A stretch of 64,000 bases of DNA. Source: Lytechinus pictus. Lineage: Eukaryota. The stretch's first letter is position 1. Each line of letters begins with the position of its first letter. Both the position numbers and the translations under genes were made by a program. Location: NCBI RefSeq assembly GCF_037042905.1, contig NC_087255.1, positions 12,462,001-12,526,000 of the forward strand, written 5' to 3'. Under the pieces are notes generated by a model. That model saw only the letters and a list, made by a program, of their open reading frames with translations, did no database searches and was not told where the DNA came from. Below are positions 60,401 through 64,000 of the stretch, one piece after another.

Positions 60401-63368
60401 TTTGACTGTTATTCTGAAGAAACTTACATGTAGTTTGTCAACCTGTTGGATATTGATTTCTAAAAAAAATTACCAATAATGACCAAAATATATTATATTC
60501 TGGGCAATTATTATCCAATTGAGCAAATTTATTTCCCAAATTATTAGCTTTTATTACCTGATTTAGGCAGACTTTAACCACTAGTTGTGCGGACAGTATG
60601 TTGCCCATGCATGCAGGGTTGGTTAAAAGTTGGGCAAAAAATGTAAGCAACAAAACCCCTATACCTTGCGTGCGGGTAAAATTGCAAAATTATTCATGTG
60701 TCTACTCTAATTACGTCACAGTCGTTGTTTGACAGTTTAAACAATTAACCATTCTTATTTTAATGAATGTTTCTTGAAAAGATGTTAGACACTTTTTTAA
60801 AATGTTAAAGTGACGTTCATTTAGTGATCAGCGTTGTATAAAAGATAATTATGCACATGTTCAACAGAATTCTATTGGAGTACTAAGCGTTCTTGGGGAA
60901 CGTTCCCGTCCTTCGTCGTAAAGTCCCTAAAGGCGACCGCACACCTAACGATTGGTCTACGACCCGATTTCATAATAAAATGTTGTAGAATTTGATGCTA
61001 ATATTGAGACTTGGAATATCTTACTGTGTAATGTTCGAAATCACCGTACGAATACATATGTTCAAATCTGTGACTATGCTATCATCCACCTTAGAACAAA
61101 AGCGAATTTAATATTTGTTTGTTTGTTTGTTTGATTTCCGTCATAAAAAAAATACATAACAATATATATACAAGAGATACAAGGAGTAACATACACATAC
61201 ATAATGAAATAAATTCTAAACATTGATTAAAAAAGAAAAGAAAAAAAAATGATTGATTGAAACATGTTAAGGAAGTTAAAAGATCAAACTTAAGACAAGA
61301 GACGGTTGGATAACCCATATTCAGCTGCACCAATTATATGTGCGGCTGGTCTTCCATGGGGACCAAGTAAAAGAGAGTCATAGGGAGCGGAAAATGAGAA
61401 CAGAAAAGAAAAGACAAAAGAGGGAAATGAAGGAAGAAAGAAAAGAAAAGGTAGAAAAAAAAAAGAAAAAAAATATATATATTGTCGTAATGACGTCATA
61501 GCAGTCGTACGATTGGCTACGATTTGAAACTAATTTGGCCTTTACTCAAAAATAAAGGTTTGCAATCTTTCAAAATGGTTATATTAGTATTCTTTCAATT
61601 AATCTTAACCTCAAATAAAATGATATGTTCCATTCACATTTTCAGAAAATGAGCAAAGTGCGATTTGTTCCAAAATCGGATCGCGAACAGTCGTAAGGTG
61701 TGCGGTGGCCTTAATACACGTACTATCTACTTTGTGAATTATTCTCCTGCAGCTTTCCTCCATGGGCACAGGGATCTACACCTCAACCCAGTGAAAACAA
61801 TGACTGCGTTTACATTCGAAGAGCCGGTGGCTGGAGTGTCAGGGAGTGCACCGCAGCAACACGATTTGTCTGCGAAAAGTCGCGAGGTAAATTTTGATTG
61901 GTCAACCAATGTGAGACAAAACCCCGAACTGTAATTAATCAAAGTAGGGTTATGAGAGAAGATGGAATGAAACAAATATAAACTAGGCAAACAACCGCCG
62001 GATGAAACCTTCAACAAACTAATGATATAGCTTTTTACTCATTTACAGGTATTTTATTTGACTATAGGTGAGTTGCGTCTGTTCTGGGTATTTATCTAAA
62101 CATTCCTGACATTTCACTGTCAGAGCAAATGGGTATAAGAGTAGCCAAAGTTAGTTCAGCGGAACAATCGATCCTACAGAGACGGAAGCTTTGGTACAGT
62201 AGAGAAGTTGCCATGAAAATTGAAATTGGTTGTTTTCTAATTAGATTAACCAAATTTTCTCGATTTGTTAATGCTTATAGAGTAACCAACCGAAAATTAA
62301 TCTTGAAAATTATGAACCAGGTTATCTACTTCAATCAATAGAGATCATAATAAGACCATTTCAAATCCGTTTTAGGTCTACAAAAATATGGATTCATCTA
62401 GTTGACCTATTCGTTTAATATTTCTCCCATGCAGCTCCGGAGCCGATTCTACCTATCCGTCTAACCGCCGCAACCCAAACGCCATTCGGTTCCGACTCCG
62501 GAGCTCTGAGGTACCTGTGCCTCTTGAGCTCTCCTGATGCTGATGATCCTACCATCACTGTCACCACACAGAGACTTGTAAAGCTCAGCCAGTCATCTGT
62601 TGATGATGACCTGACCGTGCCTGGGGTCAATGAGGCCATGAACCCGGATTCCTTACCCGTAGTCATTGATCAGAGCTTACCCTTAGATGCTAATGGGATG
62701 GGTGTGTTCGAATGCAAGGCCTCATTGTCACCCGCCGGATCAACAACCTCGGTATCAACAGTCATATTGCTACATTCAAGTAAGTATAATTAATCTTTAT
62801 TTTTATTCAATTTGATTTATGTAAAAAAGGCAAATAATAATGAATATAAGGGAATAGAATTTTGTTGGATCGTTCTTATAGCTGTGCCATCGCACTTTAT
62901 TTTACTGTGGAGTAACGTTAGATAGTAATACATCTGTCTCTTTTTTTCCATCAATAAGGATAGAAATTGGTAGTAATGACAATTGCTATCATCCTTCTTA
63001 CTGATAGTGCTACTGAGACTTATCCAATGAGTCACAACACCTCAAATATTCTAAGATATCTTCTGATGAAATTCCATGCCATATAGGACAGTATCAACCG
63101 GCTGATGGTCGATTCACGAAGTCAGTCTACCCTGGGGGTAACATATCACTGGGTGTCAGTAAACTAGAGATGGACATGGATCTCTCGAAGGTGATATGGC
63201 GGAGATTCTCAAACCTCAATTCATTGGACTCGACGCTGGGCCAGAGCATGGGACAGCTCCACCATGACGTCACAATGGCAGAGAGTCAAGATGCTGATGT
63301 CTACGGGACTTACACGGATGGAGAGATCATTAACCATGAACAAAGCTTCATTCGATTGATCGTGATTG
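45435..63368 (+). CDS. Secreted or receptor protein: signal peptide + 3 C-type lectin domains + 2 Tie-type Ig-like domains (3' end beyond window)
   Basis: Phase-consistent exons: 45435-45504 (MNYFFTETQTTLCYLLFLMCVFQ); CTLD1 48154-48302, 50144-50265, 53679-53812; CTLD2 55783-55928, 57014-57120, 58041-58168; CTLD3 58808-58953, 60216-60319, 61753-61886 (each with A..YC..(L/I)GG, WIGL and C...W....C......C); Ig-like 62435-62779 (YLC...GVFECKA) and 63087-63368 (DGRFTKSVYPG...W...DADVY...FIRLIV). Confidence 0.88.
46225..46644. repeat. Near-perfect ~209-bp tandem duplication
   Basis: atgtacaaatacgtgtaggcctaaac... starts at 46225 and again at 46434. Confidence 0.9.
47162..47300. mobile_element. hAT-type MITE
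   Basis: cactggcggatccag / ctggatccgcccctg; TSD attttaga / actttaga (7 of 8 match). Confidence 0.8.
47611..47815 (+). mobile_element. tRNA-derived SINE (second copy 57195-57367)
   Basis: ccgagtggt.taaggcg A box, ggttcggtccc B box, shared body (cattcttggtaac.aggtgtgcactt) and A-rich tail. Confidence 0.8.
49250..49960. repeat. Minisatellite, ~150-bp unit x ~5
   Basis: ggggtgttaagaatga...cccgagaggaccacaccatt...aacaccaaagag...gaacaagcaatatagaat repeated. Confidence 0.9.
51073..53552. mobile_element. Composite non-autonomous hAT element with a nested hAT-like MITE and many gctcgcgcttcgcgctcgca motifs
   Basis: catgggcggaaatc / gatttccgcccctg termini, perfect 8-bp TSD gtagccaa (51065-51072, 53553-53560); inner ggcggatccag / ctggatccgcc pair at ~51307-53515. 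Confidence 0.85.
54144..54367. mobile_element. MITE with CACT termini and TA TSD
   Basis: ta|cactctaaaaa ... tttttagagtg|ta. Confidence 0.75.
57195..57367 (+). mobile_element. tRNA-derived SINE
   Basis: gtagccgagtggtctaaggcg A box, gggtcgatccc B box; aligns with the 47611 copy. Confidence 0.8.
57571..57954. mobile_element. MITE
   Basis: Perfect 17-bp TIR atgcttttcacactgca / tgcagtgtgaaaagcat. Confidence 0.8.
58430..58700 (-). mobile_element. tRNA-derived SINE
   Basis: Minus-strand gtggcccagtgg / ggttcgaatccc boxes, core ctcaacccagg..aatgggtacc, tat-rich tail. Confidence 0.8.
58981..59571. mobile_element. Long-TIR palindromic non-autonomous element (related fragment ~26890-27340)
   Basis: ttaa|agggatggtccgggctg...aaatagagtaaaattcac / gtgaattttactctattt...cagcctggaccatc, ~120-bp imperfect TIR. 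Confidence 0.75.
60931..61711. mobile_element. PIF/Harbinger-type MITE with internal insertion
   Basis: aggcgaccgcacacc / ggtgtgcggtggcct termini with a 3-bp TAA TSD on both sides. Confidence 0.8.
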
Positions 63369-64000
63369 GTGAGCTAATGATTTAAAAGTCTTTAAACCGT
63401 AACATGAATGACGTCAACAGTATTTCTGATATTTTTATTGGTATTAAAGGCAAAAAGAATGTGACACTGAGAAGAATCCCACTGCCACGACTGGGATGTT
63501 TCTTTTCTCATATTATTTTTCGCTGATTCTCCTAAATCCTAACAATTTGGTGTTATGCACAGGCGGTGATTTCATTAGATATTTTGTCCATGGGGTGGGG
63601 GGGGGGGTGGGAGAAGATGACCCTCTCCAATATAGCCTGTACAAGACACAAAAATCTAGAAAGGGGGGCACCTGGGATCGCAACAAATGGAATTGTGTTT
63701 CAGTGGTCATTCGATGTACTCTATGATCATTCAAAGGGCTAGCTTGTTTGTATTTCCATGATCTTTCGACAGACGCTCATTTTTTTTTTGGGGGGGGGGG
63801 ATGGAGATCAAGAGATCCTTGAAATATCACTAAAAGAACAGCGAAAGAACGTAAGGCTTGTCTAACTTCAGAAAGACAAGAATTTTCAGTCAGTCCTTCA
63901 AAATTCTCTTCGGGCACTTGGTGACTTTTTCCGAGTTCTGTAAGTGGTCTTGGTTAGTCTTTTAGAGATTTTGAGTGATCTGTCAAACATCTCTGGCAGT

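Overview
AT-rich, repeat-dense, intron-containing animal genomic DNA, most consistent with a sea urchin or related echinoderm (inferred from gene and repeat types only). Left: the first six coding exons of POLR1A (RNA polymerase I largest subunit) on the minus strand, running off the window start. Immediately upstream is a cluster of DNA transposons. (i) A spliced, frameshifted hAT-type DDE transposase gene (9351-14075, minus). (ii) A ~686-bp non-autonomous element (18792-26237) with CACAGTG termini, a 5-bp TSD and asymmetric 12/23-like ends, i.e. Transib/RAG-like. (iii) An apparently intact 6.75-kb hATw-like transposon (19383-26135; 14-bp TIRs, 7-bp TSD, 956-aa spliced transposase) inserted into (ii). 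Both transposases end in a Spindlin/Ssty-like Tudor domain. Middle: an intact LINE ORF1 and an intact APE-RT ORF2 separated by a 3.9-kb segment with intron-like ends that holds a 400-bp tandem array and a decayed hAT transposase, then a decayed antisense L2-type LINE. Right: at least 12 exons of a signal-peptide gene with three C-type lectin domains followed by two Tie-type Ig-like domains, running off the window end. Many MITEs, tRNA-derived SINEs and mini/microsatellites. All calls come from reading the sequence by eye; no database searches were run.
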